Notes under the pieces: generated by a model
Told to the model about the DNA's origin: nothing
Databases searched by the model: none
The model's input: only the letters and a program-made list of their open reading frames with translations
Source: Anaeramoeba ignava BMAN
Lineage: Eukaryota > Protista > Anaeramoebae
Length of the DNA: 64,000 nt
Assembly: GCA_028826165.1 (NCBI GenBank)
Contig: JAPDFW010000044.1
Location: forward strand, 1 to 64,000
Direction: 5' to 3'
Part shown: in pieces, positions 1 through 9,209 of the stretch
Layout of the letters: each line of letters opens with the position of its first letter
How positions within the stretch are numbered: the first letter of the stretch is position 1
Translations under genes and position numbers: made by a program

Positions 1-1706
1 GATGATTCAACAATTTCTCCTTTATCATCTTCTTCACATTCTTGTGTTCTACATCCACAAATTGAAATATTATAATCATTTTCAGATTCTAAATTATTCA
101 AAAGATAATCAAGTGAGGAATTATCAACTGAAATGAAAGATATTAAATCAGGTTGAGATTGATTAAGATAAGAAAGATTATAATGATCAAGATGAGCAAT
201 TTCTTCATTGATTTGAACATTTGGATAATTCCATGTAACATTAATTGAATAATTTGAAGGATTTGATAATTGGAAATCTTTTACAGAATCAATTTTTGTT
301 GTTAAATTAATGAAAGAAGAAGATTCACCACATTTCATTGTTACATTATCACAAGCTTTGATTTGAATTGAATAATATTCATTCCCAGTAATATTATCAT
401 AAAATGAAGGATTAAATTGTTGATAATAAACATTCCCATCTTCAAGAATTGGAGAATCAATATCAACCCAATCATATCCATAATTAATTTGATATTCCAA
501 AGTTGGAATTTGAATTTTATTCCAATAACAATCAAATGATGAAAACAAAGATGAACAATTAACAATATTAACTTGAGGAATTTGTATAAATTCATAAACA
601 AATGCTTGATCTATAGCTCCAATAACAGTAAAATTCCCATAAATTGAAACACTTCTTCCAAAATCTGTAGCTGATTTACTCAAATTTTGTTCTTGATTCC
701 AAAATGTTCCATTATATCTGTAAATAAATGCTTGTTTTGCACCACGAGCTCCAATAACAATAACATTATCATAAACTGAAACACTTCTTCCAAAATCTGT
801 AACTGAAGGTTCACTAAAATTTTGTTCTTGATTCCAAAATGTTCCATTATATCTGTAAATAAATGTTTTTCTTGCATAAGTTCCAATAACAATAACATTT
901 TCATAACTTGAAACAAAAATTCCAAAATATATAACTGAAGGTTCACTAAAATTTTGTTCTTGATTCCAAAATGTTCCATTATATCTGTAAATAAATGCTT
1001 GATTTGCACCCGTTCCAATAACAATAACATTCTTATAAACTGAGGCAGTACATCCAAAATATGTAATTGAAGGTTCATTAAAATTTTGTTCTTGATTCCA
1101 AAATGTTCCATTATATCTGTAAATAAATACTTGATTTGCATTCGTTCCAATAACAGTAACATTTTCATAAATTGAAACAGAATTTCCAAAATATGTAATT
1201 GAAGGTTCACTAAAATTTTGTTCTTGATTCCAAAATGTTCCATTATATCTGTAAATAAATGCTTGATTTGAACTATAAGCACCAATAACAATAACATCTT
1301 CATAAACTGAAACAGAATATCCAAAAGATAAAGCTGAGGATTCATACAAAGTTTGTTCAAGTTCAAAATTTGTTCCATTATATCTGTAAATAAATGCTTG
1401 TTTTACACCATGAGCACCAATAACAATAACATCTTCGTAAACTGAAACAGAATATCCAAAACCTGATGGACCTGAAAATTGATCTAATAAATTCCAAATC
1501 CAAGCTTCATTGAAAGAAGAATAATATCTTGTTGTTTCTGTTAATAATCTTGTTGTTTCTAATTCTTGAATTATTGTGGAAATTGATTTTTGATGATTTT
1601 GATTTTGATTTTGATTTTGATTTTGATTTTGATTTTGATTTGATTGAATTAAGGAAATATTGATAATTAAGAAAAAGAAAAAGGAAAAGAAAAGATTAAA
1701 TTTCAT
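1..1706 (-). CDS. Secreted/surface protein: signal peptide, NQ tract, 7 FG-GAP-like beta-propeller repeats, then fibronectin type III-like domain(s); runs off the window edge
   Basis: Open frame from ATG 1706 (MKFNLFSFPFSFFLIINISLIQ) to base 1. It is missing from the ORF track because there is no stop in the window. Seven repeats of the type FGxSVSxYxxVIVIGAxxxxQAFIYRYNGT (132-135 bp period) are followed by FN3-like motifs (SINVTWNYP...YNLSY...LNNLESENDYIISICGC). Confidence 0.85.
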   Translation of the reverse strand, partial: MKFNLFFSFFFFLIINISLIQSNQNQNQNQNQNQNQNHQKSISTIIQELETTRLLTETTRYYSSFNEAWIWNLLDQFSGPSGFGYSVSVYEDVIVIGAHGVKQAFIYRYNGTNFELEQTLYESSALSFGYSVSVYEDVIVIGAYSSNQAFIYRYNGTFWNQEQNFSEPSITYFGNSVSIYENVTVIGTNANQVFIYRYNGTFWNQEQNFNEPSITYFGCTASVYKNVIVIGTGANQAFIYRYNGTFWNQEQNFSEPSVIYFGIFVSSYENVIVIGTYARKTFIYRYNGTFWNQEQNFSEPSVTDFGRSVSVYDNVIVIGARGAKQAFIYRYNGTFWNQEQNLSKSATDFGRSVSIYGNFTVIGAIDQAFVYEFIQIPQVNIVNCSSLFSSFDCYWNKIQIPTLEYQINYGYDWVDIDSPILEDGNVYYQQFNPSFYDNITGNEYYSIQIKACDNVTMKCGESSSFINLTTKIDSVKDFQLSNPSNYSINVTWNYPNVQINEEIAHLDHYNLSYLNQSQPDLISFISVDNSSLDYLLNNLESENDYNISICGCRTQECEEDDKGEIVES

Positions 1707-1972
1707 TGTTGTTTTTTTTTTTGCTTTTTTTTTAAATAAATAAATAAGATAAAAATAAGTAAGTATAAATAAATAAAATTATATTCTTGTTGTTTTTTTT
1801 GTGTTGTTTTTATGTTTTTCTTACTTTTTGTGTTTTTTGAATTTGTTGTTGTTTTTTTTTTGCTTTTTTTTTAAATAAATAAATAAGATAAAAATAAGTA
1901 AGTATAAATAAATTGTTGTTTTTATTTTTTTTTTTGTGTTTTTTTTATGTTTTTCTTACTTTTTGTTTTTTT
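1706..1972. repeat. ~135-bp tandem duplication directly upstream of the FG-GAP gene
   Basis: The block ttgctttttttttaaataaataaataagataaaaataagtaagtataaataaa...tatgtttttcttactttttg occurs twice (~1706-1838 and ~1846-1972). Confidence 0.85.
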
Positions 1973-2082
1973 AAAAGAAAGAAAAGAAAAAATGATCTTT
2001 TTTTTTATTTTAAAAACTGAAGCAACGAAAATAAAAATAATTAAAAATAATATTAAAATTAATATTAAAATTAATAATAAAA

Positions 2083-3327
2083 TTAAAAAATGGAACACTT
2101 TTTGTCTTTTTTTGTTTGTTTTTTTCCTTTTGTTTCAAAATATTCTAATTGAGGAGAAAGAGAGGATTTTGGATGTAACTGATAAAAATCATGTGCTTGT
2201 TTTAATTCCTGAATAGTTTCCAAAGCAATAGATTCTTGGATAGTGTCTGTATAAAAAAATTGAATTAAAATTTGGAAAGTGTTGAATTTGGAATTTGTAT
2301 AATCTTTCACTTTGCCTGAATCATCGTGAACTTTATTAAACATTTCCCGATAAACTTCACTTCTTAATGCCAAAATAATTTTATGAACCTTGATTTCTTT
2401 TTCTTCAACAATTATTGAAAAATCTTTGCTTTCTTGATCAGAATAAAGTTTTTTCATATCTTCAATTAATTTTCTTCTTCCCATTTTAATTTCGATTCCA
2501 CTTGATTTGGATAATTCTTGAGTTTTTGGAGAATAAAATTGATCTAAACCTGAATAAATGCATTTAAGAAAAGAAACAACATCTTTTTTTTCGAAATTTT
2601 TCAATTTGTCAAGTTTTTCTTTATAATCATTTCCTATTCGATATTTTAAAAGTAAAGAATGCAAAGGAATTGGATCTTCATTTGGATTTGAAAAAATGAA
2701 TGAAAAATCAGTAAATTCTTTTCTTTCCAAAAATTGGAGCATTTCTTCTTGAAAAGTTGCCAAGAATTTAAATAAATAGTTTCTAATTTGCAAGACTTCG
2801 AAAACAGCTTTTTCGAATAAAAACTGAATATTTTGAGCGGTTTTCGCACTCACTTCAATAAAATGCATTCCGTTTTTTTTGGCAAATTCTTCACCTTGTT
2901 GAAAAGTAATTTTTCTTTGATTTTCCAAATCAATTTTATTTGCAATCAAAAATTTAGGAATTTCTTGGAATTCTTTATCACTAGAAAAGGATTCCTGAAG
3001 ATATTGAAAACGAGAAGGAATGATCTCAAAAGAATAAGTTGATTCAATTGAATAAACCAAAAATAAGCAATTTGCTTTACGAGCAGCCTGAGGCCAAAAA
3101 GCTGCGTAGTCTTCTTGTCCTGCTGTTACTATTGTTTCAATTAATATTTCTTCTCCTTGAATCATTATCGTTTTTTGGAATGTATCTTCTATCACTGGAT
3201 CATATTCATCGATAAATTCATCCAAATTGAATCTTTTTGCTATTCTTTCTCTTCCTGATCCTCCTGGCCCAAATATTACAATCGTTAATTTTTCTTTTTC
3301 TTTTTCTTTTTCTTTTTCTGAATCCAT
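2083..3327 (-). CDS. Ras-like (pseudo)GTPase fused to two BTB/POZ domains with a polybasic CAAX tail
   Basis: Ras-type effector loop FIDEYDPVIEDTF, TAGQE, NKID and SAK motifs. Two BTB segments (FTDFSF..IPLHSLLLKYR; KDFSIIVEEKEIKVHKIILALRSEVYREMF). C-terminus KKDKKCSIF. Confidence 0.9.
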   Translation of the reverse strand: MDSEKEKEKEKEKLTIVIFGPGGSGRERIAKRFNLDEFIDEYDPVIEDTFQKTIMIQGEEILIETIVTAGQEDYAAFWPQAARKANCLFLVYSIESTYSFEIIPSRFQYLQESFSSDKEFQEIPKFLIANKIDLENQRKITFQQGEEFAKKNGMHFIEVSAKTAQNIQFLFEKAVFEVLQIRNYLFKFLATFQEEMLQFLERKEFTDFSFIFSNPNEDPIPLHSLLLKYRIGNDYKEKLDKLKNFEKKDVVSFLKCIYSGLDQFYSPKTQELSKSSGIEIKMGRRKLIEDMKKLYSDQESKDFSIIVEEKEIKVHKIILALRSEVYREMFNKVHDDSGKVKDYTNSKFNTFQILIQFFYTDTIQESIALETIQELKQAHDFYQLHPKSSLSPQLEYFETKGKKQTKKDKKCSIF

Positions 3328-3405
3328 TTTATTTGAACTGACAAAAAAAATGAAAAATTAAAATCAAAATTAAAATTATTTTTTTCATTTTTTCTCTTTT
3401 CAAAA
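3328..3405. promoter_or_regulatory. 78-bp bidirectional promoter region with a TCATTT initiator-like motif on each strand
   Basis: Divergent ATGs at 3327 (-) and 3406 (+). aaaaatgaaaaa (TTTTTCATTTTT on -) near 3346-3357 and ttttttcattttt on + near 3380-3392. Confidence 0.55.
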
Positions 3406-5231
3406 ATGAATGAAATTTTATTTTTTGGTTTAAATAAATATCCAATTCTTTCAAAAATAAACCAGAAATAATAAAAAAACCAATTCAATTTAAATTTGAA
3501 AATGAAAATGAAAATGAAAATGAAAATGAAAATGAAAATGAAAATGAAAAACAAATTAAACAAATTTTATCAGGAAGATTTTCAACAATTTTCCTTTTTG
3601 AAAATGGAAAAGCAATAGAATATTTAAATGAAAAAAATTCAAAACAAAATCCTTCAAAAATCCAAATTGAAGAAAATATTCAAAAAGTAACTGTTGGTTA
3701 TGTGAATGTATCTATTTTAACAATAGAAGGAAATGTATTTGCAAAAGGATATGATATTAATCCAAATAATCCACATGAATTTATCAATATTTCATCATTA
3801 ATTGAAGATATAAATGATAGAATAATTGAAGATATTGTTTCTGGTGCTTATTCAGTTTACTTATTAACTTCAAATCAAAATGTTTATGTATTTGGTTCAA
3901 ATAATAATGGCCAACTTGGTTTTGATTCTGAAACACTTCCAAAAACAGAAAAACCAATTTTAATGATGAAAAATGTTTCTAAAATATTTTCAGGAAATTC
4001 TTCAAAACATGTTTTTCTTTTAAATTCAAATCAAGAATTATTTGGATGTGGTGATAATGATCGAAATCAACTTGGATTAGGCAAATCAACAAGAAATGAA
4101 ACAAAAATCCAAAAATTAACCAAAATCCAAAATATTCCAAAAGGTGAAATAATTGATATTCAATGTGGATGTATTTATTCAATAATGTTGATTGAAGATG
4201 AAAATCAAAATCCAAAAAGAAAATTTTATTCATGTGGAAATTATCAATTAAATGGACTTGGCAAATTGTATAGAGATACTTATGAATTTACTGAAATTAA
4301 ATCATCTTTATTTGAAAATGATGATATTATTGATTTTTCTTGTGGTTATTCTCATACTTTGATTTTAACTTCTAATTCAAAATTAATTGGATTTGGAAAT
4401 AATCAACAAGGTGAATTAGGAATTGAAGATACAAAAAATCAACCAATTCCAATTCAAATTGAACTTCCTAAATTAAGATTTAATGAAAATATTTCTAATT
4501 ATCATATTTCTTGTGGATATGAAAAATCATTTCTTTATTATTCTCCTTTTTTTTCCAATCTTGAAGAAGATTTGATAAAATTATTTGAAAGAAAAGAATT
4601 TTGTGATATTTCATTTAAAACAGAAAATGGAGAAATAATCAAAGCTCATAAATTAATATTAAAATATAGATTAAATCAAAATCAAAATGAAATTGAAAAA
4701 CTTAAAGAAATTATTTCAAAAAAATCAATTAAAGAATCAAATCAAATATTTGAAATGATTTATTCAAACAATAGAATAATAAATCCAAAATTATATTCAG
4801 AAATTAAAGAAATTATAAATTCCAATGAAAAAATTGAAGAAACAATGAAAAGAATTTATTTAAATGAAAATGAAAAAGATTTTATTATTGAAAGAAAAGA
4901 AAAACAATATAAATTCCCAAAATTAATATTAATAATGAGAAGTGAATTATATCGAGGAATGTTTTTATCTGTAACAAATGATACTTCTAATAAAGTTACA
5001 GATTATAGTGAATTAAGTAATAAATCATTCCAAATATTTGAATATTGGATTTATTCAAATCAAATTAAAGATGAAATTCAAATTACACAAGAGATAATTG
5101 ATGAAATTAAAAAAGGAATTGATTATTTTCAATTAAATCAAACAAATCCAAATTTAATTGATTTATTAATTAACAAATTTAATAATCAAAATCAAAATCA
5201 AAAAAAGAAAGAAAAATGTTTAATTTTTTGA
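3406..5231 (+). CDS. RCC1-repeat + double BTB protein, copy 1, with CAAX (apparent 1-nt frameshift near 3450)
   Basis: ATG 3406 matches the starts of the sister copies. One T is missing in ctttc versus cttttc in copy 2. RCC1 motifs (FGSNNNGQLG, SCGYSHTLIL), BTB motifs (FCDISF..IKAHKLIL; RSELYRGMF); ends KKKEKCLIF. Confidence 0.85.
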
Positions 5232-5286
5232 AAAGAAATTATTAATAAAATAAAAATTCATTTTTTCATTTTTTTTCTTTTCAAAA

Positions 5287-7275
5287 ATGGATGAAATTAT
5301 ATTTTTTGGTTTAAATGAAAAATCAATTCTTTTCAAAAATAAACCAGATTCAATAACAAAACCAATTCAATTTAAATTTGAAAATGAAAATGAAAATGAA
5401 AATGAAAAACAAATTAAACAAATTTCATCAGGAAATTATTCAACAATTTTCCTTTTTAAAAATGGAAAAGCAATAGAATATTTAAATGAAGAAAACGATT
5501 CAAAACAAAATCCTTCAAAAATCCAAATTGAAGAAAATATTCAAAAAGTAACTGTTGGTTTTCGAAATGAAGCTATTTTAACAATAGAAGGAAATGTATT
5601 TGCCAAAGGAAAAGATATTAATTCAGAAAATCCAAATGAATTTATCAATATTTCATCATTAATTGAAGATATAAATGATAGAATAATTCAAGATGTTGTT
5701 TCTGGAGCTTATTCAATTTACTTATTAACTTCAAATCAAAATGTTTATGGAATTGGTTTAAATTATTATGGTCAACTTGATGTTGATTCTGAAATACTTA
5801 AAAAAACAAAAAAACCAATTTTAATGATGAAAAATGTTTCTAAAATATTTTCAGGAAATGATTCATTTCATGTTTTTCTTTTAAATTCAAATCAAGAATT
5901 ATTTGGATGCGGAAATAATTATTATGGCCAACTTGGATTAGGAGAATCAAGAAAACAAGAAACAAAAATCCAAAAATTAACCAAAATCCAAAATATTCCA
6001 AAAGGTGAAATAATTGATATTCAATGTGGATATGCTCATTCAGTAATGTTGATTGAAAATGAAGATGAAAATGAAAATGAAAATCCAAAAAGAAAAATTT
6101 ATTCATGTGGAAAATGTGGAGTTAATGGACTTGACCAAAATAAAACTACTTATGAATTTACTGAAATTAAATCATCTTTATTTGAAAATGATGATAATAT
6201 TGAATTTTCTGTTGGAACTGAGCATACTTTGATTTTAACATCCAATTCAAAATTAATTGGATTTGGAAGAAATTACTTTGGTCAATTAGGAACTGGAGAT
6301 ACAAAAGATCAATTAATTCCAATTCAAATTGAACTTCCTAAATTAAGATTTAATGAAAATATTTCCAATTATCATATTTCTTGTGGATTTAACAATTCAT
6401 TTCTTTATTATTCTCCTCTTCCTTTTTCTAATCTTGAAGAAGATTTGATAAAATTATTTGAAAGAAAAGAATTTTGTGATATTTCATTTAAAACAGAAAA
6501 TGGAGAAATAATCAAAGCTCATAAATTAATATTAAAATATAGATTAAATCAAAATCAAAATGAAATTGAAAAACTTCAAGAAATTATTTCAAAAAAATCA
6601 ATTCAAGAATCAAATCAAATATTTGAAATGATTTATTCAAATAATTCCAATATAAATCCAAAATTATATTCTGAAATTAAAGAAATTATAAATTCAAATG
6701 AAAAAATTGAAGAAACAATTAAAAGAATTTATTTAAATGAAAATGATAAAGACTTTATTATTGAAAGAAAAGAAAAACAATATAAATTTCCTAAATTAAT
6801 ATTAATAATGAGAAGTGAATTATATCGAGGAATGTTTTTATCTGTAACTGAAGATAAATCCAATAAAGTTACAGATTATAGTGAATTAAGTAATAAATCA
6901 TTTCAAATATTTGAATATTGGATTTATTCAAATCAAATTAAAGATGAAATTCAAATTACAAAAGAAATTATTGATGAAATTAAAATTGGAATTGATTATT
7001 TTCAATTAAATCAAACAAATCCAAATTTATTTGATTTATTAATTAACAAATTTAATAATCAAAATCAATTAAAATTAAAATTAAAATTAAAATTAAAACC
7101 AAAATTAAAATTAAAATTAAAATTAAAATTAAAATTAAAATTAAAATTAAAATTAAAATTAAAATTAAAATTAAAATTAAAATTAAAATTAAAATTAAAA
7201 TTAAAATTAAAATTAAAATTAAAATTAAAATTCCAAAATTATTTTTTTCATTTTTTTCTTTTCAAAAATGAATGA
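5287..7275 (+). CDS. RCC1-repeat + double BTB protein, copy 2 (reads through an AAAATT repeat; the true stop is probably near 7070)
   Basis: Near-identical to its neighbours. caaaatcaattaa at 7060-7072 versus caaaatcaaaattaa (stop) in copy 3 yields a poly-LK tail that overlaps the copy 3 ATG. Confidence 0.85.
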   Translation: MDEIIFFGLNEKSILFKNKPDSITKPIQFKFENENENENEKQIKQISSGNYSTIFLFKNGKAIEYLNEENDSKQNPSKIQIEENIQKVTVGFRNEAILTIEGNVFAKGKDINSENPNEFINISSLIEDINDRIIQDVVSGAYSIYLLTSNQNVYGIGLNYYGQLDVDSEILKKTKKPILMMKNVSKIFSGNDSFHVFLLNSNQELFGCGNNYYGQLGLGESRKQETKIQKLTKIQNIPKGEIIDIQCGYAHSVMLIENEDENENENPKRKIYSCGKCGVNGLDQNKTTYEFTEIKSSLFENDDNIEFSVGTEHTLILTSNSKLIGFGRNYFGQLGTGDTKDQLIPIQIELPKLRFNENISNYHISCGFNNSFLYYSPLPFSNLEEDLIKLFERKEFCDISFKTENGEIIKAHKLILKYRLNQNQNEIEKLQEIISKKSIQESNQIFEMIYSNNSNINPKLYSEIKEIINSNEKIEETIKRIYLNENDKDFIIERKEKQYKFPKLILIMRSELYRGMFLSVTEDKSNKVTDYSELSNKSFQIFEYWIYSNQIKDEIQITKEIIDEIKIGIDYFQLNQTNPNLFDLLINKFNNQNQLKLKLKLKLKPKLKLKLKLKLKLKLKLKLKLKLKLKLKLKLKLKLKLKLKLKLKFQNYFFHFFLFKNE

Positions 7276-9085
7276 AATTATATTTTTTGGTTCAAATGAA
7301 TATCCAAAACTTATCAAAAATGAACCAAATAAAATAAAAAAACCAATTCAATTTAAATTTGAAAATGAAAATGAAAATGAAAATGGAAAACAAATTAAAC
7401 AAATTTCACCTTCAAGATTTTCAACAATTTTCCTTTTTAAAAATGGAAAAGCAATAGAATATTTAAAAGATTCAAATCCAAATCCTGAAAAAATCCAAAT
7501 TGAAGAAAATATTCAAAAAGTAACTGTTGGTTATCACAATGAAGCTATTTTAACAATAGAAGGAAATGTATTTGCAAAAGAAGAAAATATTAATCCAAAT
7601 AATCCAAATGAATTTATCAATATTTCATCATTAATTGAAGATACAAATGATAGAATAATTAAAGATATTGTTTCTGGATACAGATCAATTTACTTATTAA
7701 CTTCAAATCAAAATGTTTATGGAATTGGCTCAAATGATTCTGGTCAACTTGGTTTTGATTCTAAAACACTTCCAAAAACAGAAAAACCAATTTTAATGAT
7801 GAAAAATGTTTCTAAAATATTTTCAGGAAATTCTTCAATTCATGTTTTTCTTTTAAATTCAAATCAAGAATTATTTGGATGCGGATGGAATTTTTATGCT
7901 CAACTCGGATTAGGAGAATCAAGAAAACAAGAAACAACAATCCAAAAATTAACTAAAATCCAAAATATTCCAAAAGGTAAAATAATTGATATTCAATGTG
8001 GATATCGGCATTCAATAATGTTGATTGAAAATGAAAATGAAAATCAAAATCAAAATCAAAATCAAAATCAAAATCAAAATCAAAATCCAAAAAGAAAACT
8101 TTATTCATGTGGAAGTTATCAATTAAATGGACTTGACCAAAATAAAAATATTTATGAATTTACTGAAATTAAATCATCTTTATTTGAAAATGATAATATT
8201 ATTGATTTTTCTTGTGGAACTGATCATACTTTGATTTTAACTTCTAATTCAAAATTAATTGGATTTGGAGATAATTCTCATGGCCAATTAGGAACTAGAG
8301 ATACAAATACACAATCAATTCCAATTCAAATTGAATTTCCTAAATTAAGATTTAATGAAGATATTTCTAATTATCATATTTCTTGTGGATTTCGGAATTC
8401 ATTTCTTTATTATTCTCCTTTTCTTTCTTCTTTTTCCAATATTGAAGAAGATTTGATAAAATTATTTGAAAGAAAAGAATTTTGTGATATTTCATTTAAA
8501 ACCAAAAATGGAGAAATAATCAAAGCTCATAAATTAATATTAAAATATAGATTAAATCAAAATGAAAATGAAATTGAAAAACTTCAAGAAATTATTTCAA
8601 AAAAATCAATTAAAGAATCAAATCAAATATTTGAAATGATTTATTCAAACAGAATAATAAATCCAAAATTATATTCAGAAATTAAAGAAATTATAAATTT
8701 AAATGAAAAAATTGAAGAAACAATTAAAAGAATTTATTTAAATGAAAATGAAAATGAAAAAGATTTTATAATTGAAAGAAAAGAAAAAGAATATAAATTC
8801 CCTAAATTAATATTAATAATGAGAAGTGAATTATACCGAGGAATGTTTTTATCTGTTACAGAAGATAAATCTAATAAAGTTACAGATTATAGTGAATTAA
8901 GTAATAAATCATTTCAAATATTAGAATATTGGATTTATTCAAATCAAATTAAAGATGAAATTCAAATTACACAAGAAATAATTAATGAAATTCAATTTGG
9001 AATTGATTACTTTCAATTAAATCAAACAAATCCAAATTTATTTGATTTATTAATTAACAAATTTAATAATCAAAATCAAAATTAA
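7268..9085 (+). CDS. RCC1-repeat + double BTB protein, copy 3
   Basis: Intact 605-aa ORF with the same RCC1 and BTB motifs; no CAAX. Confidence 0.9.
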   Translation: MNEIIFFGSNEYPKLIKNEPNKIKKPIQFKFENENENENGKQIKQISPSRFSTIFLFKNGKAIEYLKDSNPNPEKIQIEENIQKVTVGYHNEAILTIEGNVFAKEENINPNNPNEFINISSLIEDTNDRIIKDIVSGYRSIYLLTSNQNVYGIGSNDSGQLGFDSKTLPKTEKPILMMKNVSKIFSGNSSIHVFLLNSNQELFGCGWNFYAQLGLGESRKQETTIQKLTKIQNIPKGKIIDIQCGYRHSIMLIENENENQNQNQNQNQNQNQNPKRKLYSCGSYQLNGLDQNKNIYEFTEIKSSLFENDNIIDFSCGTDHTLILTSNSKLIGFGDNSHGQLGTRDTNTQSIPIQIEFPKLRFNEDISNYHISCGFRNSFLYYSPFLSSFSNIEEDLIKLFERKEFCDISFKTKNGEIIKAHKLILKYRLNQNENEIEKLQEIISKKSIKESNQIFEMIYSNRIINPKLYSEIKEIINLNEKIEETIKRIYLNENENEKDFIIERKEKEYKFPKLILIMRSELYRGMFLSVTEDKSNKVTDYSELSNKSFQILEYWIYSNQIKDEIQITQEIINEIQFGIDYFQLNQTNPNLFDLLINKFNNQNQN

Positions 9086-9209
9086 AATAAAAATTAAAAT
9101 CAAAATTAAAATTAAAAATTAAAATTAAAATTAAAATTAAAATTAAAATTAAAATTAAAATTAAAATTAAAATTCCAAAATTATTTTTTTCATTTTTTTC
9201 TTTTCAAAA

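Noticed and set aside
341-1378. ORFs 680-1378 and 341-601 (minus) as genes
   Set aside because: Shadow frames of the FG-GAP/FN3 gene; the real frame starts at 1706 and runs off the window.
660-1400. CRISPR-like repeat-spacer array
   Set aside because: The repeats are in-frame protein blades with homologous 'spacers'; eukaryotic context and no cas genes.
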